This document shows, one piece after another, positions 7,718 through 18,440 of a DNA stretch of 37,959 nt. The translations under genes and the position numbers were made by a program. This DNA comes from an uncultured Bacilli bacterium (GTDB lineage Bacteria > Bacillota_I > Bacilli_A > RF39 > UBA660), in the NCBI GenBank assembly GCA_947630105.1, contig CANRGD010000004.1, positions 1 through 37,959 on the forward strand, read 5' to 3'. The first letter of the stretch is position 1, and the number at the start of each line of letters is the position of its first letter. The notes beneath the pieces are model-generated. The model was given only the letters and a program-made list of their open reading frames with translations, ran no database searches and had not been told where the DNA came from.

Positions 7718-10669
7718 ATGTTTATTTCTTTATTTAATAAGAGTAATTATTCTTTATTATCTAGTTTATTAAGAATAGATGATATTATTGAATATGCGGT
7801 TAATAATAATATCTCAAGTATAGCATTAACTGATACTAATATGTATGGGGTAATGGAATTTTATAAAAAATGTCTTAATAAAAATATTAAACCTATTATT
7901 GGGTTACAGTTATTATTAGAAAATTATAATTATATTATTTTAGCTAAAGATTATGAAGGCTATAAAACCTTAATAAAGTTATCTTCTATTCAAAATGAAA
8001 GATTAGTAACTGAAGAAGATATAAAAAAATATAAGAAAAATGTTATAGTATTAATACCATTTATATATAAAGAAGAATTTAATCATTTAAAAGATATTTA
8101 TTTAGATGTTTATTTAGGTTATAGTAATAAAAAAGAAGAATTGGAAGCTTCTTTAATAACAAAAGATATTGTTTTTTTAAGAGAAGCTTTATATTTATCA
8201 AAGAATGATCAACAGTATTTGAAATATCTATATAAAATTAGAGATGGAAAAACGATAAAAGATGAAGATAATTATATGGTACAAAATTTTGAATTAAGTA
8301 TTTCTAATATTTATGAATTATCTTCTAATATTGGAGTAGAAAATTCTAAGAAAATTGCGGATGAATGTAATGTAGAATTTCCTAAAAATGAAAATTTTTT
8401 ACCAATATTTGAATGTGATGATCCTAATAAATATTTATTTGAATTATGTAAAAAAGGGTTATTTAAAAGATTAAATGATAATGTTTCTTTAGAGTATAAA
8501 AAAAGATTAATTTATGAATTAAATATTATTAAAGATATGGGGTTTGCGAATTATTTTTTAGTAGTATATGACTTTATTAAGTATGCTAAAAAAAATAAGA
8601 TTTTAGTAGGACCAGGAAGAGGAAGTGCAGCTGGATCATTAGTTGCTTATACACTAGGGATTACTGATATTGATCCTTTGAAATATGATTTATTATTTGA
8701 GAGATTTTTAAATCCTGAACGTAAAACAATGCCTGATATTGATACAGATTTTCCTGATAATAAAAGAAATGATGTAATTAATTATGTTATTAATAAATAT
8801 GGAAAAAAGAGAGTGTGTGGTATTGTAACTTTTGGAACAATGGGAGCAAAACAAGTTATTAGGGATGTTTCTAGAGTTTTAAATATTCCTTTATATAAAG
8901 TAGATAGTTTATGTAAATTTATTCCTAGTTTTACAAAAGATAAATTAAGTGATTTTTATAATAAAAATCCTGCTTTTAAAGCAAGAATTGATAGTGATAC
9001 ACTTTTTATCGAAATGTTTAAAATAGCACAAAAAATTGAAGGATTTCCTAGACATACTTCTTCTCATGCTGCAGGTATTGTTATGAGTCGAGTTGATTTG
9101 GATGAAGTTATTCCCTTAACTGTAGGAGATAATATGTATTTATCAAGTTACTCGATGGAATATTTAGAAGAAGTAGGTTTACTAAAAATGGATTTTTTAG
9201 GATTAAAAAATTTAAGTATCATAGATAATATTTTAAATGATGTAAAAGAAAGTTTAGGAGTAGAAATTGATTTCTCTAAAATTCCTCTAGATGATAAAGA
9301 TACGTTAAAAATATTTGAAACTGCTAATACAAGTGGTATTTTTCAATTTGAATCTGCAGGAATGAGAAATTTTATAAGAAAATTAAAACCTAATACTTTT
9401 GAAGATATTTTTGCTGCAATTGCTTTATTTAGACCAGGAGCTGCGAATAATATAGATTCTTATATAAGAAGGAAACATGGGGAAGAAAAAATTGTTTATA
9501 TTGATCCATCTTTAGAACAAATAACAAAAAATACTTATGGTATTTTAATTTATCAAGAGCAAATAATGCAACTAGCTGTTGTTTATGCTGGATATACAAC
9601 AGGAGAAGCTGATATTTTAAGAAGAGCTATGAGTAAAAAGAAAGTGGAGTTATTAAAATTAGAAGAAGATAAATTTATTAAAAAAAGTATAGCTAAAGGA
9701 CATTTAGAAAAACAAGCTAGGGAAATTTTTCAATTAGTTTTAAAATTTGCCGGATATGGATTTAATAGATCTCATTCAGTTGCTTATTCTTTAATTGCAT
9801 ATAAAATGGCATATTTAAAATGTCATTATAAAACAATATTTTTTGCTAATCTTTTAAGTAATGTTATTGGAAGTGAAAGTAAAACTTTTGAATATATTAT
9901 GGAAGCTAAGGCTAATAATATTTCAATTATCAAACCTACTATTTCACTTAGTGAAGATAGATATATTGTAAAAGATAATAAAATTGTATATCCAATATCT
10001 AATATAAAATCTATAGGAACAGTTGTTTCAAATACTATAAAAAAAGAAAAAGAAAAAGGACCTTTTATAGATATTTATGATTGTTTTAGTAGGTTATATA
10101 TAGCTGGAATTGGGAAAAAGACATTGGAAATATTAATTATGGCTGGCGTTTTTTTAGAATTTGGTTATAATAAGGGTACTCTTATTAGTAATTTAGATAG
10201 TTTATTTAATTATGCGGAACTTACTAAAGATATAGATCCATCATTAGTTATGAAACCAGATATTGAAATAAGGGATGAATATCCAAAAGATTATTTATTG
10301 GAAAAAGAAAAGGAAGTTTTTGGATTTTATTTATCTAATCATCCAGCAACATTTTATAAAAAAGATAATAAGTATATTTCTTTAAACGAAATTGAAAATT
10401 ATTTTAATAAAACAGTAGAAGTTATAGCTTTAATAGATAAAATAAAATTAGTAAGTACTAAAAATTCTGAAAAAATGGCTTTTGTTACAGGTAGTGATGA
10501 AACAGCCACAGCGGATTTTACTTTATTTCCAAAAACTTTGAAAAAATATAATGTCGAAAAAGGTGATTTAATTAAAGTAAGGGGTATAGTTGAAAGAAGA
10601 TTAAATAAGTATCAAATAATTGTTAATGTAGTAGAAGTTTTACAAGGAGTTGAAAATGAAAAAGAATAG
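7718..10669 (+). CDS. dnaE: DNA polymerase III alpha subunit, DnaE type (short, 983 aa)
   Basis: N-terminal PHP domain, 'GPGRGSAAGSLVAYTLGITDIDP', 'MPDIDTDF' catalytic aspartates, 'FNRSHSVAYSLIAY', and a C-terminal OB fold region. Confidence 0.95.
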   Translation: MFISLFNKSNYSLLSSLLRIDDIIEYAVNNNISSIALTDTNMYGVMEFYKKCLNKNIKPIIGLQLLLENYNYIILAKDYEGYKTLIKLSSIQNERLVTEEDIKKYKKNVIVLIPFIYKEEFNHLKDIYLDVYLGYSNKKEELEASLITKDIVFLREALYLSKNDQQYLKYLYKIRDGKTIKDEDNYMVQNFELSISNIYELSSNIGVENSKKIADECNVEFPKNENFLPIFECDDPNKYLFELCKKGLFKRLNDNVSLEYKKRLIYELNIIKDMGFANYFLVVYDFIKYAKKNKILVGPGRGSAAGSLVAYTLGITDIDPLKYDLLFERFLNPERKTMPDIDTDFPDNKRNDVINYVINKYGKKRVCGIVTFGTMGAKQVIRDVSRVLNIPLYKVDSLCKFIPSFTKDKLSDFYNKNPAFKARIDSDTLFIEMFKIAQKIEGFPRHTSSHAAGIVMSRVDLDEVIPLTVGDNMYLSSYSMEYLEEVGLLKMDFLGLKNLSIIDNILNDVKESLGVEIDFSKIPLDDKDTLKIFETANTSGIFQFESAGMRNFIRKLKPNTFEDIFAAIALFRPGAANNIDSYIRRKHGEEKIVYIDPSLEQITKNTYGILIYQEQIMQLAVVYAGYTTGEADILRRAMSKKKVELLKLEEDKFIKKSIAKGHLEKQAREIFQLVLKFAGYGFNRSHSVAYSLIAYKMAYLKCHYKTIFFANLLSNVIGSESKTFEYIMEAKANNISIIKPTISLSEDRYIVKDNKIVYPISNIKSIGTVVSNTIKKEKEKGPFIDIYDCFSRLYIAGIGKKTLEILIMAGVFLEFGYNKGTLISNLDSLFNYAELTKDIDPSLVMKPDIEIRDEYPKDYLLEKEKEVFGFYLSNHPATFYKKDNKYISLNEIENYFNKTVEVIALIDKIKLVSTKNSEKMAFVTGSDETATADFTLFPKTLKKYNVEKGDLIKVRGIVERRLNKYQIIVNVVEVLQGVENEKE

Positions 10670-11141
10670 AGAAAAAATTTATTCGAAAGCAGCTATATTA
10701 TTAATGATGGATCAATTTTTAAAAATTCTTGTTACTAATAATATGAAAATTGGAGAAAAAATAGCGGTAATACCAAATTTTTTTGCAATATATTATTTAA
10801 AAAATAGTGGAGCAGCTTTTTCTATATTAGAAAATAGGACTTTTTTGTTAATTATTTTAAGTTTTGCGTTTTTATTAATAATTGATAATTATTTAAAAAA
10901 AGAAAAGAAGTTTAATAAAATAGATATTGTTGCTTGGGGAATGATTATTGGAGGAGTTTTAGGAAATTTAATAGATAGGCTTTTATATCATGGAGTAGTC
11001 GATTATTTATCTTTTTATCTTGGTAATAATAGTTTTCCAATATTTAATTTTGCTGATATGTGTATTACAGGGGGAATTTTTCTATATTTTATTTCTATTT
11101 TCTTTGAGAATAAAAAGACAAAAGAGGAGAAGAAAAAATGA
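10656..11141 (+). CDS. lspA: Lipoprotein signal peptidase II
   Basis: 'KNSGAAFS', 'GNLIDR', 'VVDYLSF', 'FNFADMCITGG'. AAGGAG lies 6 nt before ATG 10656. The ORF track start 10650 is a TTG. Confidence 0.9.
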   Translation: MKKNREKIYSKAAILLMMDQFLKILVTNNMKIGEKIAVIPNFFAIYYLKNSGAAFSILENRTFLLIILSFAFLLIIDNYLKKEKKFNKIDIVAWGMIIGGVLGNLIDRLLYHGVVDYLSFYLGNNSFPIFNFADMCITGGIFLYFISIFFENKKTKEEKKK

Positions 11142-12046
11142 TAGTTGTAAGTGAAGATAAAGATAAAAGATTAGATGTATATTTAGCTTGGAAATTAGAC
11201 TTATCACGTAGTAAAATTCAAAAATTAATTAAGGAAAAATTAGTTGTTGTTAATAATAAAAATGTTACTGCTAATTATTTAATCAAAGAAAATGATGTTA
11301 TAGAAATTCTTGATGAGTTAAATTATGAAATTAATATAGAAGCACAAAATATACCTTTAGATATTATATATGAAGATGATGATTTATTAGTAATTAATAA
11401 AAAAAGTGGAATGGTTGTTCATCCAGCTCCAGGACATTATAAAGATACTTTAGTAAATGCTTTACTTTATAAATTTGAGTTAACTAGTGGAGAAAAAGAA
11501 AGACCTGGTATTGTGCATAGATTAGATAAAGACACTAGTGGATTAATGCTAGTTGCTAAAAATGAATGGACGCATGAAAAGTTAGCTGAGGCTATTGCTA
11601 AAAAAGAAGTTGAAAGGCGTTATTTAGCTATTGTAGAGGGAGTAATAAAAAATGATAGTGGGACAATTGATGCTCCAATAGGAAGAGATATTAATGATCG
11701 ACAAAAAATGGCGGTAACTGATGTAAATGCTAAAGATGCTATTACGCATTTTAAAGTCTTAAAAAGATTTAAAGATAAGACATTAATAGAATGTATATTG
11801 GAAACAGGTAGAACACATCAAATAAGGGTTCATCTAGCTTATATTCATCATCCTGTTGTAAATGATCCAGTTTATAATAAAAAGAAAGCAACTTCCTTTG
11901 GGCAAATGCTTCATTCTAAGAGTATAAAATTTATTCATCCTAGAACGAATAAAGAGTTATTTTTTGAAGTAGATGTGCCAGATGAATTTAGAAAAGAATT
12001 AAAAAAATTAGAAAATGATTTAAATGAAAAAATTATTGTGGTATAA
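11138..12046 (+). CDS. rluD: 23S rRNA pseudouridine synthase RluD-type (S4 domain plus RluA-family catalytic domain)
   Basis: N-terminal S4-like 'RLDVYLA...SRSKIQKLIKE', then 'HRLDKDTSGLMLVAKN' and 'GRTHQIRVHLA'. Overlaps the lspA stop by 4 nt. The lspA-rluD pairing is typical of Firmicutes. Confidence 0.9.
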   Translation: MIVVSEDKDKRLDVYLAWKLDLSRSKIQKLIKEKLVVVNNKNVTANYLIKENDVIEILDELNYEINIEAQNIPLDIIYEDDDLLVINKKSGMVVHPAPGHYKDTLVNALLYKFELTSGEKERPGIVHRLDKDTSGLMLVAKNEWTHEKLAEAIAKKEVERRYLAIVEGVIKNDSGTIDAPIGRDINDRQKMAVTDVNAKDAITHFKVLKRFKDKTLIECILETGRTHQIRVHLAYIHHPVVNDPVYNKKKATSFGQMLHSKSIKFIHPRTNKELFFEVDVPDEFRKELKKLENDLNEKIIVV

Positions 12047-12073
12047 TTATTTTTATTTAGAAATGGGAGGTTA

Positions 12074-13825
12074 ATGGTAATGAAAGAAATGACAGGTTAT
12101 ACATCAATTGATAAGCCTCAAAATAGAGGTTATGGTTTTATGGCTAAACATCCAATTGTACCTGATATGAATGTATATGGGGCAGTTAGAGCTTTAAGTA
12201 TGTTTTATAGAAATAAAGAAGCAGTAGAATGTTTTGATTTAAAGGCTGATTATAATCAGTTATTAAAAGATTCTGTAACTATTTCTTTGGCCTTAAAGGA
12301 ATTAGGAGTAAAAAAAGGAGATATAATTGCTGTTAGTATGCCTAATTTTTATCAAGCGGTAGCAACTTTTATGGCTTGTAATAGAATAGGTGCAGTAACA
12401 ACATTTTTGAATGCAACTGCACCTGAGGAAGAGTTATATCATTATTTAAATTTATTTGAATCACCAATTTTAGTAAATTATGATAAATCAACTGAAGAAA
12501 ATCAAATTATAAAAAATAAAACAGGAGTTAAACATATAATTACGCTTGATAAAAGTAAAGTAAATGATTTATCATTAAAAGGTAATTATCATATAACAAG
12601 TAATGATGATAAAATTGATTTTCATAGTTTAGAGAGTATTTCAAAATATCAAAAGAAGAATTTAGAAATACATTCTGGAAAAGATGATTCATTAATATTA
12701 TATACTAGTGGTTCTACAGGAGATCCTAAATCAGTAGTATTGACAAATAAAAATATTTTAGCAGCAGGAACGTATTTAAAAAATTCAAGTAAAGCTAAAT
12801 CTTTAAATGGAGATAGAACTTTGGTATGTGTACCATTTACTTATCCATATGGTTTTGCTACGTCAACAATTATGACTTTATTAACGGGGAAAGCAGCAAT
12901 ATTAGCTCCTAATATGTCAAAAGAGACAATAAGTTATTATTTAGGGAAAAAGCCAAATATTATTTTTGGAAGTCCTGCTTTATTGGATTTGATAATGAAA
13001 AATGTTCCAGAAAATCAAGATTTATCATCAATAACTACTTTTATTTCAGGGGGAGATTTTTTAACACCAACACATTCAGAAAGGGGAAGCCAATTTTTTG
13101 AAAAACATGGTGCTAAAAATGTTGAAATGGGAAATGGTTCTGGTAATGCTGAAACAGTCAGTTGTGGAACAAATCCTACAGGAATAGAAATAAGGCCAGA
13201 AACGGCAGGTAAAGTATTAGTTGGAACTTCTGCAATGATTGTTGATCCAGAGACAATGGAAGAGAAAAAATATGGTGAAGAAGGATTATTGTGTGTATCT
13301 GGAGAACATGTATTTAAGGAATATTATCAAGAACCGGAATTAACCAAAAAGGCTAAATTTAAAAGAAATGGACGAGAGTATTTTAAAACAGGTACAATGG
13401 GCTTTATTGATAAAGATGGATATTTTACATTAACTGGAAGAGAATCTAGATTTTATATTATTTCAACATTAAATAAAGTATATTGTGATAGAGTACAATT
13501 AATGATGTCTAATTTTGATGAAATTAGTGATTGTGCTATAGTAAAAGTTCCGGATAAAGATATGTTATATGTAAATAAAGCATACATTGTTTTAAAAGAT
13601 GGAGTAGAACCTAGTAAAGATACAGTTGATAAAATATACAGTCAATGTCTACAACCAATAATTTCTTCTAAAGGAAATGTGGAGCAATTAAAATGGTATG
13701 AAATACCAACATATATAGAATTTATTGATGAATTACCTAGAAGAAAGGGAACAGATAAAATAGATTACAAAAAGTTAGAAAAAGATGCTGAGAAAAAAGA
13801 AAATAAACTTTTAATAAAAAGATGA
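12074..13825 (+). CDS. AMP-binding (class I adenylate-forming) enzyme, acyl-CoA synthetase/ligase-like
   Basis: AMP-binding signature 'LYTSGSTGDPKSVV', plus 'GYFTLTGRESRF' and a C-terminal 'GKIDYKKL'-type Lys motif ('GTDKIDYKKL'). Confidence 0.85.
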   Translation: MVMKEMTGYTSIDKPQNRGYGFMAKHPIVPDMNVYGAVRALSMFYRNKEAVECFDLKADYNQLLKDSVTISLALKELGVKKGDIIAVSMPNFYQAVATFMACNRIGAVTTFLNATAPEEELYHYLNLFESPILVNYDKSTEENQIIKNKTGVKHIITLDKSKVNDLSLKGNYHITSNDDKIDFHSLESISKYQKKNLEIHSGKDDSLILYTSGSTGDPKSVVLTNKNILAAGTYLKNSSKAKSLNGDRTLVCVPFTYPYGFATSTIMTLLTGKAAILAPNMSKETISYYLGKKPNIIFGSPALLDLIMKNVPENQDLSSITTFISGGDFLTPTHSERGSQFFEKHGAKNVEMGNGSGNAETVSCGTNPTGIEIRPETAGKVLVGTSAMIVDPETMEEKKYGEEGLLCVSGEHVFKEYYQEPELTKKAKFKRNGREYFKTGTMGFIDKDGYFTLTGRESRFYIISTLNKVYCDRVQLMMSNFDEISDCAIVKVPDKDMLYVNKAYIVLKDGVEPSKDTVDKIYSQCLQPIISSKGNVEQLKWYEIPTYIEFIDELPRRKGTDKIDYKKLEKDAEKKENKLLIKR

Positions 13826-13852
13826 TAATATTGATGAAATATTATCATTTTT
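13822..13852 (+). terminator. Rho-independent terminator overlapping the ligase stop codon
   Basis: 11-bp stem ATGATAATATT (13822-13832) / AATATTATCAT (13838-13848), loop GATGA, then TTTT. A perfect TATAAT at 13857-13862 follows and may serve the kinase gene. Confidence 0.55.
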
Positions 13853-13884
13853 GTTGTATAATTTTGTAAAGATAGGTGATTTCT

Positions 13885-16164
13885 ATGGGAAGTGGGATTT
13901 TTTTTCCTATAAGTGCTATTCCTTTTAGTATTTTAACAATTGTATTATTTTATCTTAAAGGACATGTAAAAAATAAAGAAACAAAAATATTTGAAGTGCT
14001 AATAATATCTAATTTATGTGGATTAATAATTGAATTATTATGTACTTATGCAGCATTAATATATGGGGCAAATAAAATATTTAGTATTTTAATATTTAAA
14101 GCATATTTATTTTATATAATAGTATGGATATCGACTTTTGCATATTATATATTTAGTATTTCTAAAGAAAATGAAAATGTTATAAAAAAAGAACGATATA
14201 TAATTATAGCAATTTATTATATAATAATAGCAATTATATTAGCTATATTACCAATTGAGCTTGTAATTAAAGATAATTTTCAAATTAGATATACAACTGG
14301 TCCTAGTGTTTTCTTTTCCTATTTTATATCTTTTGTAGCAATTATTGTTATAATTGGTTCAATGGTGTTAAATTATAAAAATTTAAAGAGTAAAAAATAT
14401 GTTCCCGTTTTAGTATTTTTAATTTTGGGTGGGGTAGCTATTTTTATTCAAACTAGATATCCGCAAGTTTTAATTATGACCTATATAGAAACTTTGATTT
14501 CAGTGATAATGTTTTTTACGATGGAAAATCCAGATGTTAAAATGATTGAACAATTAACTATAGCTAAAGAGCAAGCAGAAAAAGCTAATAATGCAAAAAC
14601 TGATTTTTTATCTAGTATGTCTCATGAAATTAGGACTCCACTAAATGCCATAGTTGGTTTTAGTGAGTGTATAGAAGATGCTAAAAATTTAGATGAAGCA
14701 AAAGAAAATGCTAAGGATATAGTAATGGCTTCCAATACTTTATTGGAAATAGTAAATGGTATTTTAGATATTTCTAAAATTGAAGCTGGTAAATTAGAAA
14801 TAGTTAACTCAGCATATGAAGCTAAAGAAGTTTTTTTAGAATTAGCTAAGTTAATAACGCCAAGAATGAGAGAAAAAAATTTAGAATTTACATATTTTAT
14901 TGCGCCTGATTTACCTACTGTCTTATATGGAGATTGTGCTAATATAAAAAAGATTATTACAAATTTATTGAGTAATGCTTATAAATATACATCAAGAGGA
15001 TATGTTAGATTTGAAGTAAATTGTGTAAATAGTAAAGAAAACAGTAAATTGATTATTTCTGTTGAAGATACAGGACGAGGAATAAAAAGTGAAAATGTTG
15101 ATAAATTATTTACTAAATTTGAAAGAATAGATGAAGATCGTAATACGACAATTGAAGGAACGGGATTAGGTTTAGCAATTACTAAACAATTAGTTGAATT
15201 AATGGGTGGAAGAATTATAGTGCATACAATTTTTGGAGAAGGTTCTAAATTTACGGTAATTTTAAATCAAAAAATTGGTGCGGAAAAAGACTTAAAAAGA
15301 AAAATAACTTATAATAAAAAAATAGAAGAATTTAATTTAAAAGGTGTTAAAATTTTATTAGTTGATGATAATGAACTTAATATAAAAGTTACTAATAAGT
15401 TGTTAGAAAAATTTGGAGCAGACAGTATAGTTAATGTGACTTCAGGAAGTGAGTGCTTAAATAAAATTCAAGCTTTGGAAAAATATGATGTTATTTTATT
15501 AGATATAATGATGCCTAAAATGTCTGGAGAAGAAACCTTAGAAAAACTAAAAGAAATTCCTGATTTTAACATTCCAGTTGTTGCTTTAACAGCAAATGCT
15601 ATTACTGGTATGAAGGAAAAATATTTAGAAGAAGGATTTATAGATTATTTAGCTAAACCTATTGAAAAAGAACAATTAATATATGTTTTAAGTAAAATAT
15701 TAAATAATAATAAAATAGATATAGCTGAAAAAAACGAAGAAAAAATAAGTGCTAAAAAACAAGAAGATGTTTTAGAACCACCTACTATTGATAATATAGA
15801 ATTTTTAAAAAGTAAAGGCGTACAAATTGAGCAAGCATTAGAATATCTAGGAGATATAGAAACATATAACTTTACAGTTAAAGAATTTTCTCAAGAAATA
15901 GAAGAAAAAATTAATGAGTTAGAAAAATATAAACTAGAAAATGATATGGAAAATTATGCTATATTAGTACATTCTTTAAAAAGTGATGCTAAATATTTAG
16001 GTTTTATGAAATTTGCGGATATTGCCTATCAACATGAATTAAAAAGTAAAGAAAAAAATCAAGATTATATAAATGCTAATTTTGCTAAATTAGAAGAAGA
16101 ATTAAGTAAATGTATAAATGTTATTAATGATTATTTACAAAAAATAGATAAGGATTCTCTTTAG
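13885..16164 (+). CDS. Hybrid sensor histidine kinase / response regulator with C-terminal Hpt domain (polytopic N-terminal sensor)
   Basis: About 6-7 TM helices, H-box 'SHEIRTPLNAI', N/G boxes 'LLSNAYKYT' and 'GTGLGLAI'. REC domain 'ILLVDDNELN...LLDIMMPKMSG...ALTANA'. Hpt 'HSLKSDAKYLG'. ATG 13885 lies 5 nt after AGGTGA; the track start GTG 13876 is inside the SD. Confidence 0.9.
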   Translation: MGSGIFFPISAIPFSILTIVLFYLKGHVKNKETKIFEVLIISNLCGLIIELLCTYAALIYGANKIFSILIFKAYLFYIIVWISTFAYYIFSISKENENVIKKERYIIIAIYYIIIAIILAILPIELVIKDNFQIRYTTGPSVFFSYFISFVAIIVIIGSMVLNYKNLKSKKYVPVLVFLILGGVAIFIQTRYPQVLIMTYIETLISVIMFFTMENPDVKMIEQLTIAKEQAEKANNAKTDFLSSMSHEIRTPLNAIVGFSECIEDAKNLDEAKENAKDIVMASNTLLEIVNGILDISKIEAGKLEIVNSAYEAKEVFLELAKLITPRMREKNLEFTYFIAPDLPTVLYGDCANIKKIITNLLSNAYKYTSRGYVRFEVNCVNSKENSKLIISVEDTGRGIKSENVDKLFTKFERIDEDRNTTIEGTGLGLAITKQLVELMGGRIIVHTIFGEGSKFTVILNQKIGAEKDLKRKITYNKKIEEFNLKGVKILLVDDNELNIKVTNKLLEKFGADSIVNVTSGSECLNKIQALEKYDVILLDIMMPKMSGEETLEKLKEIPDFNIPVVALTANAITGMKEKYLEEGFIDYLAKPIEKEQLIYVLSKILNNNKIDIAEKNEEKISAKKQEDVLEPPTIDNIEFLKSKGVQIEQALEYLGDIETYNFTVKEFSQEIEEKINELEKYKLENDMENYAILVHSLKSDAKYLGFMKFADIAYQHELKSKEKNQDYINANFAKLEEELSKCINVINDYLQKIDKDSL

Positions 16165-16230
16165 AAATTTATCTTTTATATTTTAAACATTTAGTATATA
16201 ATACTATATAGCAATTTAGGAGGAATTGTT

Positions 16231-17385
16231 ATGAAAAATGAGATATTACTTGATGATAAAAATATTATAGTTATGAAATTATTACATTATTTTATTACAG
16301 AAAAAAATTATAATCCTATAATTTTACAAGGTGTTGAGAATGAAATATGGTTAGAGAATTTAGATGAAGATTGTAAAATAGTTAGAATTGTTTCTAATTA
16401 TATTCATAATGATGAACAATTTAATTTTGATGTTTTTAAAACTAAAAGAATCATGAAAAAAATTAAGAAAAAAACTTTGTCTTTTAGTTTGAATGTATTA
16501 AGTATTTTTTTAGATTTAGGAGATAATGTTACTAAAGAAATTAATACTAACCCTAATTTACTTAGTGTAAATGCTAAAGATGAAGAGGATATTAAGAAAA
16601 ATCCTTTAATAGATAAGGTTTTTCCTGATTTAAAAAAGAAATTGACTTATTCTGAAGAGGGAGTTGAATTATTTATAAAAATAACAAATGATATAAATAA
16701 ACATAATAGAGAAGATGCTAGTAAAATTGAAAAAGTATTTAAAAGTAAATTTCCATATTTTACTTATACTTTAATTATTATGAATGTAATTTTATATGTT
16801 TTTCCAATTTTGATTGGTAAATATGATGAAATTATTCAACTTTTTTGTATTCATGGACCAAGTATTAGAGCTTTCCAATATTATAGATTAATTACAGGTA
16901 TATTTTTACATGGTAATATTTTACATTTATTATTTAATTGCTATGCATTGTATGTAATTGGATCACAATTAGAAAGTTTTTTAGGTAAAGTTAAATTTAT
17001 TATAATTTATTTATTTTCGGGCTTAACAGGAGCATTATTTTCAATGACATTTGGAGGTAACTATGCATCAATAGGAGCTAGTGGAGCTATTTTTGGTCTT
17101 ATGGGTTCCCTTGTTTATTTTGGATATCATTATCGAGTTTATTTGGGAAATGTTATTAATTCACAAATAATTCCCCTTATTGTTTTAAATTTAATTTTAG
17201 GATTTTTAATGAGTGGCGTAGATAATTTTGCTCATATAGGAGGACTAATTGGTGGAACTTTAATTACTATTGCGTTAGGAGTTAAAGATAAAAGTTCTAT
17301 ATTTGAAAGAATTAATGGTTTTATAGTTACTTTGATTTTTTTAGCTTTTGCTTGGTATATGGCATTTGTTTATGCGATTAAGTAA
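16231..17385 (+). CDS. Rhomboid-family intramembrane serine protease with cytoplasmic N-terminal domain
   Basis: 'HGNILHLLFNCYALY', catalytic 'GASGAIFGLMG', and 'FAHIGGLIGG' with the catalytic His. Confidence 0.9.
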   Translation: MKNEILLDDKNIIVMKLLHYFITEKNYNPIILQGVENEIWLENLDEDCKIVRIVSNYIHNDEQFNFDVFKTKRIMKKIKKKTLSFSLNVLSIFLDLGDNVTKEINTNPNLLSVNAKDEEDIKKNPLIDKVFPDLKKKLTYSEEGVELFIKITNDINKHNREDASKIEKVFKSKFPYFTYTLIIMNVILYVFPILIGKYDEIIQLFCIHGPSIRAFQYYRLITGIFLHGNILHLLFNCYALYVIGSQLESFLGKVKFIIIYLFSGLTGALFSMTFGGNYASIGASGAIFGLMGSLVYFGYHYRVYLGNVINSQIIPLIVLNLILGFLMSGVDNFAHIGGLIGGTLITIALGVKDKSSIFERINGFIVTLIFLAFAWYMAFVYAIK

Positions 17386-17448
17386 AAATTGTTGAATTTG
17401 TTAGGGATAAATGCTATCATAAAGATATGAAATATAGAGGTGATTATT

Positions 17449-17700
17449 ATGGCCCAAGAGCAAACTAATTTATTTGATATTAAAGAACTAGATACTACTT
17501 TTGTTAGAAAGACTTTGAATGAGGTTTATACTGCTTTAGAAGAGCGAGGATATAATCCAACTAATCAAATTGTAGGTTATCTAATAAGTGGAGATCCTGG
17601 TTATATTTCTAGTTATAAAGATGCTAGAAATAGAATTCAAGAAATAGATAGGGCGAAAATTGTCGAAATTCTTTTAGATGAATTTCGAAAGAATGAATAA
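17449..17700 (+). CDS. ireB: IreB-family regulatory phosphoprotein (UPF0297 / YrzL)
   Basis: 'YNPTNQIVGYLISGDPGYISSYKDARNRI' is the DUF965 signature. Its position ahead of ruvX matches Bacillus yrzL-yrrK. Confidence 0.85.
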   Translation: MAQEQTNLFDIKELDTTFVRKTLNEVYTALEERGYNPTNQIVGYLISGDPGYISSYKDARNRIQEIDRAKIVEILLDEFRKNE

Positions 17701-18120
17701 ATGCGTTATTTAGGACTTGACTTGGGCAGTAAAACTTTAGGTATCGCTGTTAGTGATAAAACTGGTATGATTGCTTCTAGCGTAAAAACTATAAGACATA
17801 ATGAAGAATATGAAAAGCTATTAAATATAATATGTGATATTGTTAAAGAGATGAATATTGAGGCAATAGTGTTAGGCTTTCCCAAGAATATGGATAATTC
17901 TATTGGAATAAAAGGACAATTGAGTTTAGATTTTAAAGAGAAACTAGCTCAGGTAGTTTCAGTTCCTATATTTTTGCAAGATGAAAGACTAACTACTAAA
18001 ACTGCAACAGATATGTTAATAGATGGGAATATTTCAAGAAAAAAAAGAAAAAAAATAGTTGATAGTGTAGCAGCTACAATTATTTTACAAACATTTTTAG
18101 ATAAGGAGAATAAAAAATGA
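17701..18120 (+). CDS. ruvX: Holliday junction resolvase-like / pre-16S rRNA nuclease RuvX (YqgF)
   Basis: 'YLGLDLGSKTLGIAVSD', 'VLGFPKNMDNSIG', 'DERLTT'. Confidence 0.9.
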   Translation: MRYLGLDLGSKTLGIAVSDKTGMIASSVKTIRHNEEYEKLLNIICDIVKEMNIEAIVLGFPKNMDNSIGIKGQLSLDFKEKLAQVVSVPIFLQDERLTTKTATDMLIDGNISRKKRKKIVDSVAATIILQTFLDKENKK

Positions 18121-18413
18121 AGAAAAATACTTTTTCAATGATAGACGAAAATGGTAACGAAGTTGTTTATGATGTGTTATTTACATTTGAAAGTGAAGAA
18201 ACTAATAAAAATTATATAGTTTATACAGATAATACAAAGGATGAAAATGGTAATATAGAAGTATATGCATCTATTTATGATCCAGAAAATCCTAAGAGTA
18301 AATTAGAAGCTATTGAAACAGAAAAAGAATGGAAAGTTATAGAAACTATTTTAAATACATTACAAGAAGAGATTAAAAAGAAAAGTGATGAAGATGTAAC
18401 TAATGAGCAATAG
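18117..18413 (+). CDS. DUF1292 (UPF0473 / YrzB) protein
   Basis: 'DENGNEVVYDVLFTFESEETNKNYIVYTD...EAIETEKEWKVIE'. Overlaps ruvX by 4 nt. Confidence 0.85.
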   Translation: MKKNTFSMIDENGNEVVYDVLFTFESEETNKNYIVYTDNTKDENGNIEVYASIYDPENPKSKLEAIETEKEWKVIETILNTLQEEIKKKSDEDVTNEQ

Positions 18414-18440
18414 CTCTTTATTTTTTCTGGAGGTACAAGT

